Assembly: GCA_035285545.1 (NCBI GenBank)
Contig: JAYKGY010000013.1
Location: 1-28,520, forward strand
Length of the DNA: 28,520 nucleotides
Direction: 5' to 3'
Source: Snowella sp.
Lineage (GTDB): Bacteria; Cyanobacteriota; Cyanobacteriia; Cyanobacteriales; Microcystaceae
Below are positions 1-8,257 of this stretch, piece by piece. The translations under genes and the position numbers were made by a program. How positions within the stretch are numbered: position 1 is the first letter of the stretch; each line of letters starts with the position of its first letter. The notes under the pieces were generated by a model. That model did not search any database. It was given only the letters and a program-made list of their open reading frames with translations, and was not told where the DNA came from.

Positions 1-78
1 TCTTGTATGATATTTTGTACACTAATTTGAGGCAATTTAAGAAGATTTTCGAGAAAGTACAACATAGTTCAGTCCTCA

Positions 79-97
79 TATAATGTATACCATTATA
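79..97. promoter_or_regulatory. Inverted repeat TATAATG-n5-CATTATA containing a TATAAT -10 box; candidate TA promoter/operator
   Basis: Perfect 7-bp arms at 79-85 and 91-97, 70 bp upstream of the antitoxin ATG. Confidence 0.4.
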
Positions 98-167
98 CAC
101 TTCTCACTGCTAACCGCGGAGAACCAATTAAATTTAAGCCAAAATAATTCATTAAGAGGCAATTAAA

Positions 168-395
168 ATGACAGAGATAGATTTTTCTGCTAAAAGTATT
201 TTAGAAGAAACAATTGAAGAAATTCAACGAACTCCCCAAGAATATTTACCGAGTTTATTACAAATTATTCGTCTATTTCGTGAAAGCGTAACACTTAAAT
301 CGGCCGAAGAAAGTTTTCGTCAGGGATGGCAAGAAGCAATGACAGGCGATACCATTCCTATTTCTGAGCTTTGGGAAGGAATAGATGCAGAATAA
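168..395 (+). CDS. Putative antitoxin (small acidic protein) of a RelE/ParE-type TA pair
   Basis: 75 aa, acidic, C-terminus SFRQGWQEAMTGDTIPISELWEGI; overlaps the toxin start by 11 nt; AAGAGG SD-like sequence upstream. Confidence 0.7.
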   Translation: MTEIDFSAKSILEETIEEIQRTPQEYLPSLLQIIRLFRESVTLKSAEESFRQGWQEAMTGDTIPISELWEGIDAE

Positions 396-738
396 TGAGA
401 ATAGTATTCAAATAGAAGCAACCTCTGAATTCAAGCGTAGCCTACGCAACTTAAGCAAACGTTATCGTCATATTCGCTCTGATATTCAACCTATCATTAA
501 CCAATTGCAAGCAGGTCAAATTATTGGCGATCAAATTCCCAGAACTGGTTATTCTGTTTTTAAAGTTAGAGTTAAAAATAGTGATATTCAAAAAGGAAAA
601 AGTGGAGGATATCGCTTTATTTATTATCTAAAGACTTCTACTCGTATTCTGCTGGTGACTATTTATTCAAAATCAGATCAGGGAGATATTTCAGTAGATA
701 CTGTTTGCAAAATAGTGGCAAATTGGGAATCCCAGTGA
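385..738 (+). CDS. RelE/ParE-superfamily type II toxin
   Basis: 117 aa, basic. Motifs EFKRSLRNL, VFKVRVKNSD..KGKSGGYRFIYY and LLVTIYSKSD are typical of RelE/HigB-like mRNA interferases. Confidence 0.85.
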   Translation: MQNNENSIQIEATSEFKRSLRNLSKRYRHIRSDIQPIINQLQAGQIIGDQIPRTGYSVFKVRVKNSDIQKGKSGGYRFIYYLKTSTRILLVTIYSKSDQGDISVDTVCKIVANWESQ

Positions 739-815
739 ACTTTAGCTTTAAAAATAGCTGATCAACTCTTGGTATAATTAGCAAGCTCATAGAATTTTTA
801 ATTTTAGTATCATCA

Positions 816-1688
816 ATGACAACAGCGTGGGTATTTCCAGGGCAAGGATCACAGGCGATCGCGATGGGGAACGACTTAACCGAACTTCCCATTGGCCAAC
901 AAAAATTTAGTGAAGCCGAACAAATTCTCGGTTGGTCAGTCATCGAAAAGTGTAACGGCAACGAAGAAGAACTATCACAAACGCTCTACACCCAGCCCTG
1001 TTTATACGTTGTTGAAAGTATTTTGTCCGATTTATTGCAGGAAAAAGGCTATAAACCCGATTTTGTAGCAGGCCATAGCTTGGGGGAATATTCGGCTCTC
1101 TATGCCGCAGGGGTTTTCGATTTTGCCACGGGTTTAAACCTCGTTAAACAACGGGCGATTTTGATGAACAGTGCAGAAGGCGGAAAAATGGCCGCACTAA
1201 TGAAATTTGACCGTGACCAACTCAAAGCAGTGGTAGAAGCAACGCCTAACTTAGTCTTAGCCAACGATAACAGCGAAGAACAGGTGGTTATTTCAGGAAC
1301 CCCTGAAGCGGTGGATAGTGCCCTAAGCCAAATTAAAGCGAAACGAGCCGTTCCCCTCAAAGTTTCTGGGGCTTTTCATTCGCCCTTCATGCAAGACGCT
1401 GCCCAACAGTTTAAAACCGTTCTAGAAGGTGTTTCCTTTGCCGATGCCCAGGTTCCTGTGTTATCCAATGTTGACCCCTCTCCTGAAACAGCGGGAGAAG
1501 TCTTAAAAGATCGCTTAATTCGACAAATGACAGGTTCTGTGCGGTGGCGTGAGATCATGTTGCAATTTTCTTCGTTAGCGATCGCAGAAGCTTGGGAAGT
1601 TGGCCCCGGTAAAGTCTTAGCAGGGTTAATTAAACGAACGAACTCAGCAATAATCTTAAAAAATATCAGTGGAATAACTGACTTATAA
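816..1688 (+). CDS. fabD: Malonyl-CoA:ACP transacylase
   Basis: FPGQGSQ, TQP, GHSLGEY (catalytic Ser), SGAFHS and EVGPGKVL motifs. Confidence 0.97.
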   Translation: MTTAWVFPGQGSQAIAMGNDLTELPIGQQKFSEAEQILGWSVIEKCNGNEEELSQTLYTQPCLYVVESILSDLLQEKGYKPDFVAGHSLGEYSALYAAGVFDFATGLNLVKQRAILMNSAEGGKMAALMKFDRDQLKAVVEATPNLVLANDNSEEQVVISGTPEAVDSALSQIKAKRAVPLKVSGAFHSPFMQDAAQQFKTVLEGVSFADAQVPVLSNVDPSPETAGEVLKDRLIRQMTGSVRWREIMLQFSSLAIAEAWEVGPGKVLAGLIKRTNSAIILKNISGITDL

Positions 1689-1885
1689 CCAACAACCTGT
1701 AACTTATAAAGGAGAAACCAAGAACAATTACTGACCAAAAATCCGAGAATCTTCGGATAAAATTAAGCAGGAAATAGAAAGTTGATGGCGATCGCTAGCA
1801 TGGGATGTTCCAGGTTAGCCCCGTCATGACTAACGGTCTTACACAAATTACTACAGTCGTGAATCCACACTAAGGAGAGTCTCTT

Positions 1886-2440
1886 GTGTCAACCCATAAA
1901 ATTTTGGTCATTGATGACAGTAAAGTTATTCGGATGCGTGTGCGAGACATGCTACCCCAAGGCAACTTTGAAGTCCTAGAAGCAAGAGATGGCGTAGAAG
2001 GCTATAACATGATTCGCAGTGAAAAGCCCAATTTGATTTTGCTGGACTTTTTACTCCCTAAAATGAGTGGCTGGGAAGTTTTTCAAGAAGTTCAAAAGGA
2101 GCATGAACTCAAGTGCATTCCCCTTGTCCTCATGTCGGGACGTAAAGAAGAAGTGCTAGAGAAACTTGCCGAACCTTTTGAATATTTTGCCTTTGTCGAA
2201 AAACCTTTTGAACAACGTGAATTAGTTGCGGCGATCAAAGAAGCCATGATGAAGGCGAAAAAACATCCCAAACCCGTTGGCTATACCACCACTGATCCCG
2301 GCAGTCGAACCACCTCACCAGGGGATACAGCGTCAGAAATCCAAGCTCTCAAGCAACAAGTGGCCAAAATGAACGGCGAAATCGAAACCCTGAAGAAACA
2401 GTTATCTCAATTAGTCGCCTATATCAAGCAGAAAATCTAA
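1886..2440 (+). CDS. Response regulator: receiver domain plus C-terminal coiled coil
   Basis: ILVIDDS, LILLDFLLP (phospho-acceptor Asp), MSG and EKPF motifs; heptad-like C-terminal tail; GTG start with AAGGAG upstream. Confidence 0.9.
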   Translation: MSTHKILVIDDSKVIRMRVRDMLPQGNFEVLEARDGVEGYNMIRSEKPNLILLDFLLPKMSGWEVFQEVQKEHELKCIPLVLMSGRKEEVLEKLAEPFEYFAFVEKPFEQRELVAAIKEAMMKAKKHPKPVGYTTTDPGSRTTSPGDTASEIQALKQQVAKMNGEIETLKKQLSQLVAYIKQKI

Positions 2441-2492
2441 CCCTATTGGCTCAGATCTTCTTAAAAGTTGATGTTTTGATGGATTCTGTCTT

Positions 2493-3401
2493 TTAAAATC
2501 CTAATTTTTCTAAGATGGGATGAGTGGAGACAATATGACGATCTAATCCCAGTTTTTGGGGTTCTACGCCCAAGGCTAGGGCCACTAATTGGGGAAGATG
2601 TAAAACGGGTAGGGCTAAGGATTTATCTAAAACCTTGGCAATTTCGGGTTGTCGGGAATCTAATTGTAAATGGCAGAGGGGGCAAGGGGTAACGATACAA
2701 TCGGCTCCGGCAGCGATCGCGTCTTGGATGTGCTTTCCTGCTAAACGGAAGGATTCGGTAGTGGCATAACTGGAAACGGGCCAACCACAACATTGAGTCC
2801 GCCCAGCGTAATAAATGGGATTAGCTCCCACGGCTCGAAACACATTTTCCATCGATTCCGGTGCAAAGGGATCATCAAAGGGAATGCTGGTTTGGGCCCG
2901 GAGTAAATAACAGCCATAAAACGCCGCACAGTTTAACCCAGACAGCGATCGCGTCACTCGTTTCTGTAGTTCTTCTAACCCGTAATCCCCCACTAAGGCC
3001 CAGAGGATATGTTTAACTTCCGTTGATCCCTGGTAGGGAGAACAATTTTCTTTTTGTAAGTAGCTGTTAACCTGGTTTAAATAATCGGGATCATTGGCTT
3101 TAGCCTCTTTTAATCGCTCATCCACATGACCAATCACCCCTTGGCAGGTACTACAGTGAGTCAATAAGGGTAAATTCAACGATTCAGCTAGGGCAATATT
3201 GCGAGCATTTACCGTGTCTTCCAATAATTGGGAATCTTCCTTAAAAGTCCCCGAACCGCAGCAGGAAGCCTTTTTAAGTTCAATTAATTCAATCCCTAAT
3301 GCTTGGGCTAGGGCGGCAGTTGATTGGGACAATTCACGGCAGGCTCCCTGGGCAACGCACCCAGGAAAATAAGCGTATTTAAGCGATGTGGTCATGGACA
3401 A
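2493..3401 (-). CDS. hdrB: Heterodisulfide reductase subunit B family (two CCG domains; SdhE-like)
   Basis: YFPGC...CCGSG...CSTC and FYGC...CCGWP...CPLC cysteine-rich repeats. Confidence 0.9.
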   Translation of the reverse strand: MSMTTSLKYAYFPGCVAQGACRELSQSTAALAQALGIELIELKKASCCGSGTFKEDSQLLEDTVNARNIALAESLNLPLLTHCSTCQGVIGHVDERLKEAKANDPDYLNQVNSYLQKENCSPYQGSTEVKHILWALVGDYGLEELQKRVTRSLSGLNCAAFYGCYLLRAQTSIPFDDPFAPESMENVFRAVGANPIYYAGRTQCCGWPVSSYATTESFRLAGKHIQDAIAAGADCIVTPCPLCHLQLDSRQPEIAKVLDKSLALPVLHLPQLVALALGVEPQKLGLDRHIVSTHPILEKLGF

Positions 3402-3492
3402 AGAAAAAAGAACACTATTTCGATTGTGCGCTAAAGCCCGTCAAGATGGGTGAGGAGTCGTATATTTTTTAATGATTACTTTTAGCAAATGA

Positions 3493-4080
3493 TTAGCGAG
3501 GTTGAGGTTTCATTGTCGGTTTATTTTGGGAAAGGGGGCTAACTTCACAGACGTAGGGAAACATTACTGTTAAGCCTTTAGTATTCCCCACATATTTCCC
3601 TCGATGATCATAGACCTGATCGCTATTGCTGGCACAACGGGCATACCATTTGTAGTTACGATTTGAGTTAATCGGACGGAGCAGAAAATATTGTTTATCT
3701 CCTACGGCTCCTTGCCCACGATTCACGACCACATTGCCATAACCCGGTAAGTTATAAAAACGTTTTTCATTCGGCCCTAGACCACCACCGCCTAAGTTAA
3801 AGTTGGGCTGACGTTCAACTCGGTAATCCACCATACGATTCGATTTACTGACAATGCAGTAACCCTGTCCACGATAATCGGGAATTGTCCAAGTTACCCG
3901 ATAGTTTGATCCTCTTTGCTGAAATCCTGTAATTTTGACTTCATTGGAGGTCAAGCGAAATCGATCCATTGTGTAATTCGCGCAATAATCCGCCTGTTGT
4001 ACGCCTGGTGCGATCGCGTTTGCTGGAAGAGGGGCTAGGGCAAGTAATCCTGTAAGACCGACAAAAATAGATTTGAGCAT
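3493..4080 (-). CDS. Hypothetical exported protein
   Basis: 195 aa with an N-terminal signal peptide (MLK, hydrophobic core, ANA site), four Cys and a central GGGG linker. Confidence 0.75.
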   Translation of the reverse strand: MLKSIFVGLTGLLALAPLPANAIAPGVQQADYCANYTMDRFRLTSNEVKITGFQQRGSNYRVTWTIPDYRGQGYCIVSKSNRMVDYRVERQPNFNLGGGGLGPNEKRFYNLPGYGNVVVNRGQGAVGDKQYFLLRPINSNRNYKWYARCASNSDQVYDHRGKYVGNTKGLTVMFPYVCEVSPLSQNKPTMKPQPR

Positions 4081-4231
4081 AGTTTTTTGAGACTTAATTC
4101 AACGATAAACTTGGCTGTCATAGTTATTGATGTTCATAGAATGCCTTAAAGTTCCAGATCAACCAATTACAGTGTTTTTTTACTTATTGGCGTTTGTTGG
4201 AAAGTTTTAAATAACCAAAAAATTCAGTTTT

Positions 4232-4261
4232 GTAGGGTGCATTAATGAAATGTAATGCGCC
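4232..4261 (+). repeat. GTAG-type REP-like palindrome
   Basis: GTAG followed by GGTGCATTA-atgaaatg-TAATGCGCC (9-bp stem with one T:G pair). Confidence 0.55.
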
Positions 4262-4347
4262 ATATTTTCGTTGCTGAAGTAAGCAGAGTTGGGACGATAT
4301 GATAAGAAAAGAGCGACTACTTAACACTATTTAAAACGAGTCAAAAT

Positions 4348-4725
4348 ATGTCACTGTCCCATAATATTGAACCCGCAATTACTCGAACGGAGCGTGGTCT
4401 AACAATTTCTGGCACACGTACTAGCCTTTATGATGTGATTGATCTTTTGAAGGCTCACTATCCCCCTAAACTCATTCGTGACACATTTAGCCTCACGGAT
4501 GCACAAATTAATGCCGCTTTGTTTTACATTGAGGCAAATCAGTCTCAAGTTGAGGCTGAGTATCATGAGGTTCTTCAAAACAGAGAAGAAATTCGTCAGT
4601 ACTGGGAAGATCGTAACCGTGAACGCTTGGCTCGAATCGCAACAATGCCACACAAGCCAGGGAAAGAAGCTTTTTGGGCAAAACTTGAGGAGCACAGAGC
4701 GAGACGTGCTGTACACAAACAATGA
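4348..4725 (+). CDS. DUF433-domain protein (VapB45-like antitoxin)
   Basis: GLTISGTRTSLYDV...LTDAQINAALFYI matches the DUF433 HTH pattern; ATGA overlap with the next gene. Confidence 0.85.
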   Translation: MSLSHNIEPAITRTERGLTISGTRTSLYDVIDLLKAHYPPKLIRDTFSLTDAQINAALFYIEANQSQVEAEYHEVLQNREEIRQYWEDRNRERLARIATMPHKPGKEAFWAKLEEHRARRAVHKQ

Positions 4726-5114
4726 CTTTCTTGGTTGACTATAATCTTGATGGTTACGCGCTGATTTTTCTCGGTATATTGGCGAAACGCGGCTGGCTAG
4801 AGTTCCAGTCTGTTCAATTTGTTAGCTTTAGAGAGGCTGATCTGTCAATGGAAAGTAGCGATCGCGTAGTTTGGCGTTATGCTCAAGAACATCAGATGAT
4901 GCTCCTCACTGCTAACCGAAATATGAAAGGAGAGGATTCGCTTGAGCAGGTTATGCGGGAAGAGAATACAGAGACCTCATTTCCAGTATTGACGATTGGG
5001 AATCTTGATCGTTTGAGTGAAGCCGAATATCGAGAGCGTTGTGCTGAACGGTTGATCGAAATCGCTGTAGATCTTGATAATTACAAAGGGGTTGGTCGGC
5101 TGTTTATTCCATGA
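4722..5114 (+). CDS. DUF5615/VapC45-like PIN-fold protein
   Basis: FLVDYNL...SSDRVVWRYA...LLTANRNM pattern; translationally coupled to the DUF433 gene. Confidence 0.75.
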   Translation: MTFLVDYNLDGYALIFLGILAKRGWLEFQSVQFVSFREADLSMESSDRVVWRYAQEHQMMLLTANRNMKGEDSLEQVMREENTETSFPVLTIGNLDRLSEAEYRERCAERLIEIAVDLDNYKGVGRLFIP

Positions 5115-5216
5115 TCTCGCCAGGGCGATCGCAACGAATCGCAACGACAGGAAGAGGAGCTACAATAATTCGTGACCGCTCTGCTGGTAGCTTGCCTCAG
5201 TTCACAAGATTAAGAC

Positions 5217-5254
5217 AAAAATAATCCTCCTGAAGTGAAGTTATCAAGAGAATT
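5217..5254 (-). terminator. Probable intrinsic terminator of mgdA
   Basis: Minus-strand stem AATTCTCTTGA/TCAGGAGGATT (two G:U pairs) followed by ATTTTT, about 30 bp past the mgdA stop. Confidence 0.45.
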
Positions 5255-5285
5255 TACAAATTATTTAAGTTTAAAATCAGCTATT

Positions 5286-6725
5286 TTAACTTTCTTTGAA
5301 TTCCAAGGTTTCTTCTGCTGTGCCTGCATGAACTGTTTTCACCCATTTTAGGCGTTTAGGACGGATCGCCATTCGAGTCGTTACACAGGGCATAATCACC
5401 AACCAATGAACCATATAGAGCGTTCCCAGTAAGGATTGACCTAAATAATTTAAAAATTGCGGGAACGTAAATTCAGAGGAACTATGCAGACGACGCAACC
5501 CTTTATACATTCCAAACCCTGATAGGGAAAGAGCGACACCTGTTAAGGGGGTTAACATGGGCAAATGATGACGGGCGATCGCCATGACAAAATCAGGAAC
5601 CGCAGCAGTTGGGAGAATATATTGCATTAAGAGAAAAGCAACTAGATCCACCCGTTTTTTAACGCCCAGGGGTTCAGAAACAATAAACCGCCAATAATCT
5701 AAATAACGTTGATAGCCCCCTTCTGCCCAACGGTTACGCTGATGCCAAAGCGCGATCGCGGTTGTTACCCCTTCTTCCCCCACCGCAGGATTCATTAAAA
5801 TCCCGATTTTCCAGTTATCGAGATGGAGCCGGATCGTTAAATCCAAATCATCGGTAATGGTTTGCTCATTCCAACCGCCGCAACTATCCAATGCCTTACG
5901 CGCCACAAATTGACCGTTGCCCCGTAGTTCTCCTAAACCACCCGTGACAATCCGTTGTTGTTGAAAATAAGCGTCTAGGGCCATTTCTACGGTTTGGCCT
6001 TTTGTCCAGAAATTCTCGTCAGGATTCGCGATCTCTTTCCGAACCTGAACCGCCCCCATTCGTTCTTGTTGGAATAGGGGAACCACACGACGCAATAAAT
6101 CCGAAGGAACCAAAGCATCCGCATCAAAAACCCCAAGAATATCGCCTTTTGCTAAAGGTAACACCTCATTTAACGCTCCCGATTTGCCACCGCCCGCGCC
6201 CATTGGACGATGAATAACGTTGAGTTGAGGATGTTGTAAGGCTAATTGGTCTAAAATTTGGGGAGTTTTATCGGTACTATAGTCATCAATCACCCAAATA
6301 TCGAGCTTTTCTTTTGGATAATCTAAATTACACAGTTGGAGAACTAATTGCTCAATAACGGCTTCTTCATTTTTTGCTGCTACCAATAAAGAAACCGATT
6401 GGGCTGTCTTTAAGGCTTCCTCGGTTAAAGGTTCTGTTTCAGGTTCGGGTTTGGCACTAATTAAACGGATCGTCTGGATTGCTAATAAAACCGCAAAGCC
6501 GACAATGGCCCAAATGCCCCAACTCACCGAATGCAGACCAATAACCACCGCCCAAATGAGCATTAAGACAAAGGCTGCTTTCTTTCTTCGCCCTTCACCG
6601 CCCATAAAAAAATCACTTCTAAATTCTTCTTCCTCGGCTTCGGGATCAGTCCACTCCGACAACAGGGAACTGATGGGGTCTAAGGTGTTGTCTGTGTCCT
6701 CGTCTTTCCAAAACTCTTGGGGCAT
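5286..6725 (-). CDS. mgdA: GT2 glycosyltransferase, monoglucosyldiacylglycerol synthase
   Basis: AAKNEE, DDYSTD, FDADA, TDDLD and QRNRW (D,D,D,QxxRW) motifs with TM helices; divergent from mgdE as in Synechocystis sll1377/sll1376-type loci. Confidence 0.9.
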   Translation of the reverse strand: MPQEFWKDEDTDNTLDPISSLLSEWTDPEAEEEEFRSDFFMGGEGRRKKAAFVLMLIWAVVIGLHSVSWGIWAIVGFAVLLAIQTIRLISAKPEPETEPLTEEALKTAQSVSLLVAAKNEEAVIEQLVLQLCNLDYPKEKLDIWVIDDYSTDKTPQILDQLALQHPQLNVIHRPMGAGGGKSGALNEVLPLAKGDILGVFDADALVPSDLLRRVVPLFQQERMGAVQVRKEIANPDENFWTKGQTVEMALDAYFQQQRIVTGGLGELRGNGQFVARKALDSCGGWNEQTITDDLDLTIRLHLDNWKIGILMNPAVGEEGVTTAIALWHQRNRWAEGGYQRYLDYWRFIVSEPLGVKKRVDLVAFLLMQYILPTAAVPDFVMAIARHHLPMLTPLTGVALSLSGFGMYKGLRRLHSSSEFTFPQFLNYLGQSLLGTLYMVHWLVIMPCVTTRMAIRPKRLKWVKTVHAGTAEETLEFKES

Positions 6726-6991
6726 AGGTCAGTTGATTGATGAATGAATTGATGAAGAATTGAGCAGTGAATGAGTAAGAAAAAATGTTAGGGATTACTA
6801 ACTATAGGACTTATTCTAGCTAAAGTGTTAACGTTTTTTAATAATGGGCGTTTAAATTGCTGGGGTTGCTTGCCGTGATAAACTCCTGTGATCACCCTAA
6901 CTTGCTATCTCTGCGAAATTTTTGGACAATTTATAAACGTCATTCTCTCGCTGAGTTGCTTCATTTAAATTAACGGTTATAAATCCTCGAT

Positions 6992-8212
6992 ATGATTAGC
7001 CATTTACTTTTGTTGTCCGCGATCGCCCTTGCTTCTATTGTCTGGGTTGAAATCATTCGAGATTGCTATCATGCCCTGGCTCACGTCTGGCAACCGTTAT
7101 ATCGCCTGCATGTGTGGCATCATCGGGTATTTCGTCCCGACCTATCGGTGATGAGCGAGGAGATTTACCGAAAAGCCCATTGGTATAATGATGTGCCTGA
7201 AGCCTTGGTGATGTTAACTTTCAGCTTTTTGCCTGGGTTAATTTTATTGATTTGGGGCTTTCCTGATGCCTGGGTCAGCTTAGCCGGTTCGATTTATACC
7301 GCTAGTTTCTTGACAACGGCGATCGCGAGGGGGGCAGGAGTCCCCAACATGGATGAATTAACGGATTTAACCCATCGTCCAGGCCGCTTTACCGAAGTCC
7401 CAACCGCTTGGCGAGTCAATCGGACTTACCATTGGCGGCATCATTTTGATAACCAAAAAGCTTATTATTGTGGAACTTTAACGCTGGTGGATAAAGTATT
7501 AGGAACAGCCCTCTCTTTAAAAGGAAAAACCGTTGCCGTAACGGGAGCATCAGGAACGTTTGGTCAAGCCTTATTAAAGTATTTATATCTGAATGAAGCC
7601 AAACCCATTGCCCTAACCTCTCAAGTCAATCCAGTAGATTTAGACATTAACGGTAAAATCATTCCGATTAAAACCATTACTTGGAAAATTGGCAATGAAG
7701 AAGCCTTAGCAGATTTATTTGAAAACATCGATATTTTAGTGATTAATCACGGTGTTAACGTTAATCATCAACGCTCAGAATCGGCCATTATCAAAGCCTA
7801 TGAAGTCAATACTTTCTCAGTCTTCCGTTTAATGGAATTATTCTTAAAAACTGTCCGAACCAATGAACAAATTGCTAAAAAAGAAGTTTGGGTGAATACC
7901 TCCGAAGCTGAAGTTAATCCCGCCTTTAGTCCTTTATACGAACTTAGTAAACGCGCGATCGGTGATCTGATCACTTTACGCCGCTTGGATGCTCCTTGCG
8001 TGATTCGTAAAGTTATTCTTGGGCCATTTAAAAGTAATTTAAACCCCATTGGTATTATGTCCGCTGATTGGACAGCAAAACAGGTGATTAAAGCCGCAAA
8101 ACGCGATAGCCGTAATATTATCGTGACGATTAATCCGATAACCTATATTGCTTTTCCGATTAAGGAATTTTTCGTTTCTTGGTATTTCCGATTATTTAGT
8201 AAAGCAAGTTAA
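6992..8212 (+). CDS. mgdE: Monoglucosyldiacylglycerol epimerase (fatty-acid-hydroxylase-like domain plus SDR domain)
   Basis: His boxes YHALAH, HVWHH and HWRHH; Rossmann motif TGASGTFG; YELSK catalytic motif; adjacent to mgdA. Confidence 0.9.
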   Translation: MISHLLLLSAIALASIVWVEIIRDCYHALAHVWQPLYRLHVWHHRVFRPDLSVMSEEIYRKAHWYNDVPEALVMLTFSFLPGLILLIWGFPDAWVSLAGSIYTASFLTTAIARGAGVPNMDELTDLTHRPGRFTEVPTAWRVNRTYHWRHHFDNQKAYYCGTLTLVDKVLGTALSLKGKTVAVTGASGTFGQALLKYLYLNEAKPIALTSQVNPVDLDINGKIIPIKTITWKIGNEEALADLFENIDILVINHGVNVNHQRSESAIIKAYEVNTFSVFRLMELFLKTVRTNEQIAKKEVWVNTSEAEVNPAFSPLYELSKRAIGDLITLRRLDAPCVIRKVILGPFKSNLNPIGIMSADWTAKQVIKAAKRDSRNIIVTINPITYIAFPIKEFFVSWYFRLFSKAS

Positions 8213-8257
8213 AATTTAAAAAATAGTAACTCTAGCTTTATTCAATTTTTTTAAGTC

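Noticed and set aside
5111..5224. 37-codon ORF overlapping the PIN stop (ATGA)
   Set aside because: It is short, has no recognisable motif, and spans a repeat scar and the terminator edge; likely chance.
6733..6778. TGAT/TGAA-rich quasi-repeat upstream of mgdA
   Set aside because: It has no consistent period or unit, so I treat it as low-complexity leader sequence.
8213..8257. Retron ncRNA/RT associated with the PtuAB-like genes
   Set aside because: The gap is only 45 bp and AT-rich with no long inverted repeats, and no RT (YxDD) ORF is present in the window.
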